A DNA stretch of 62,978 bases, counting the filler, from Octopus bimaculoides (lineage: Eukaryota): the NCBI RefSeq assembly GCF_001194135.2. It is 6 parts of 6 records of this genome, joined end to end, with 100 filler letters (N's around TTAATTAATTAA, not from the genome) between each part and the next. Parts side by side here need not be neighbours in the genome. Positions count along the whole stretch, not along the records: positions 53,537 to 62,978 come from NC_068991.1; 5 more parts are not named here. One strand, given 5' to 3'. The notes under the pieces are model-generated. The model searched no databases, was not told where the DNA came from, and saw only the letters and a program-made list of their open reading frames with translations. Shown here one piece after another: positions 62,063 to 62,978 of the stretch (its first letter is position 1; each line of letters begins with the position of its first letter). Position numbers and translations under genes: made by a program.

Positions 62063-62893
62063 AAATTCTATTCCATAACGATAATAGTATTTCATTGAAG
62101 TAATCATGGAGGTCATTTTCACTCTGGTGACTTCTTTTTTTATGTTCTGTAGTACTGTTGACTTACATTCTATCATATATACAGTAATTCTTTCTGCTTT
62201 AGCTAATGTACTTTTGTAATGTTATGTAATGTACTTATAGATTGCTTAAATTATTACATGCTTTAATGCTCCGACAAGATATTTTCTTTTCCTGAATATA
62301 TACCACTGAAATTGGGAGTACATTTAAAATGTTCATGAGTTTCCAATGTCATCAAATACGCTAACTTCGTAGTAAGATAAATCTGTTACGCGGTTTCAAA
62401 TCCCAGTCGAGCGATCTTCACTTCAAATTGCTTTTCATCATTTCTGCCCTAGTGAAAAGCATGAACATCCCAGATTCGATTTTCTTCTAACAATAAAGAA
62501 ACGAAAAAAAAAAAATACCCCTAAAAAACGACAGTACCCGCCGTAATCGCAGATAACTCTTCTTCAGCAAACTCAGAGAAGGATTACCGCTCCTGTGAAA
62601 AACCTGCGCTTATGTCTTTGGCAGCAGTTTCTACATGCTCCAGCATGGCTGTAATCTATCTGGCATACATTAATTAACTATCCAGATGTGATTTCCAGTC
62701 ACTATAACCTATACAACAATTAAATGGAGGCGGAGTGGGGGAATGCAAGACTTTCTGTATATCAGCATGTGTGCATGTGTGTATAGGTGAGTCTATGTGT
62801 TGTGTAAGTATATGTGCGCGCATGTGTGTGGCCCAAGTTGTATGTTAATCTGCTTGGATTTATAACTTCCTGCGTGCGTGTAAGTGTGCGTCT

Positions 62894-62894
62894 A

Positions 62895-62952
<58 letters not shown>

Positions 62953-62978
62953 CTTATATATATATATATATATATATA
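62894..62978. repeat. (TCTA)n plus (TA)n microsatellite
   Basis: Direct reading. Confidence 0.95.

Overview
Eukaryotic, AT-rich, repeat-saturated draft scaffold with many N gaps. The SINE families and extreme microsatellite load point to a coleoid cephalopod, most likely Octopus (inference; no search run). I can identify no host protein-coding gene with confidence. Nearly all ORFs in the supplied track are microsatellite or N-gap artefacts, and the few candidate exons in unique-sequence islands are low confidence. Recognisable content is mostly transposon debris: at least four SINE families, R4/Dong-like and RTE-like LINE fragments, Tc1 and mariner transposase relics, a Helentron/DINE-like end, and a decayed Penelope-like element (PLE, probably Hydra clade) with RT and GIY-YIG remnants at about 43.5-45.5 kb. 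The most interesting signals are in RNA structure. There are two type I hammerhead ribozyme motifs: a minimal 43-nt one at 51291-51333 (-) in a short element with an 11/14-bp tandem tail, and one with an elongated stem II at 45389-45480 (+) downstream of the PLE ORF. There is also a ~400-bp palindrome carrying two divergent tRNA-like cassettes (9068-9464), a 440-bp hairpin element, several other inverted repeats, and a young templated inversion/duplication around a LINE ORF1-like fragment (33542-33911). The TTAATTAATTAA islands inside 100-bp gaps are assembly spacers.
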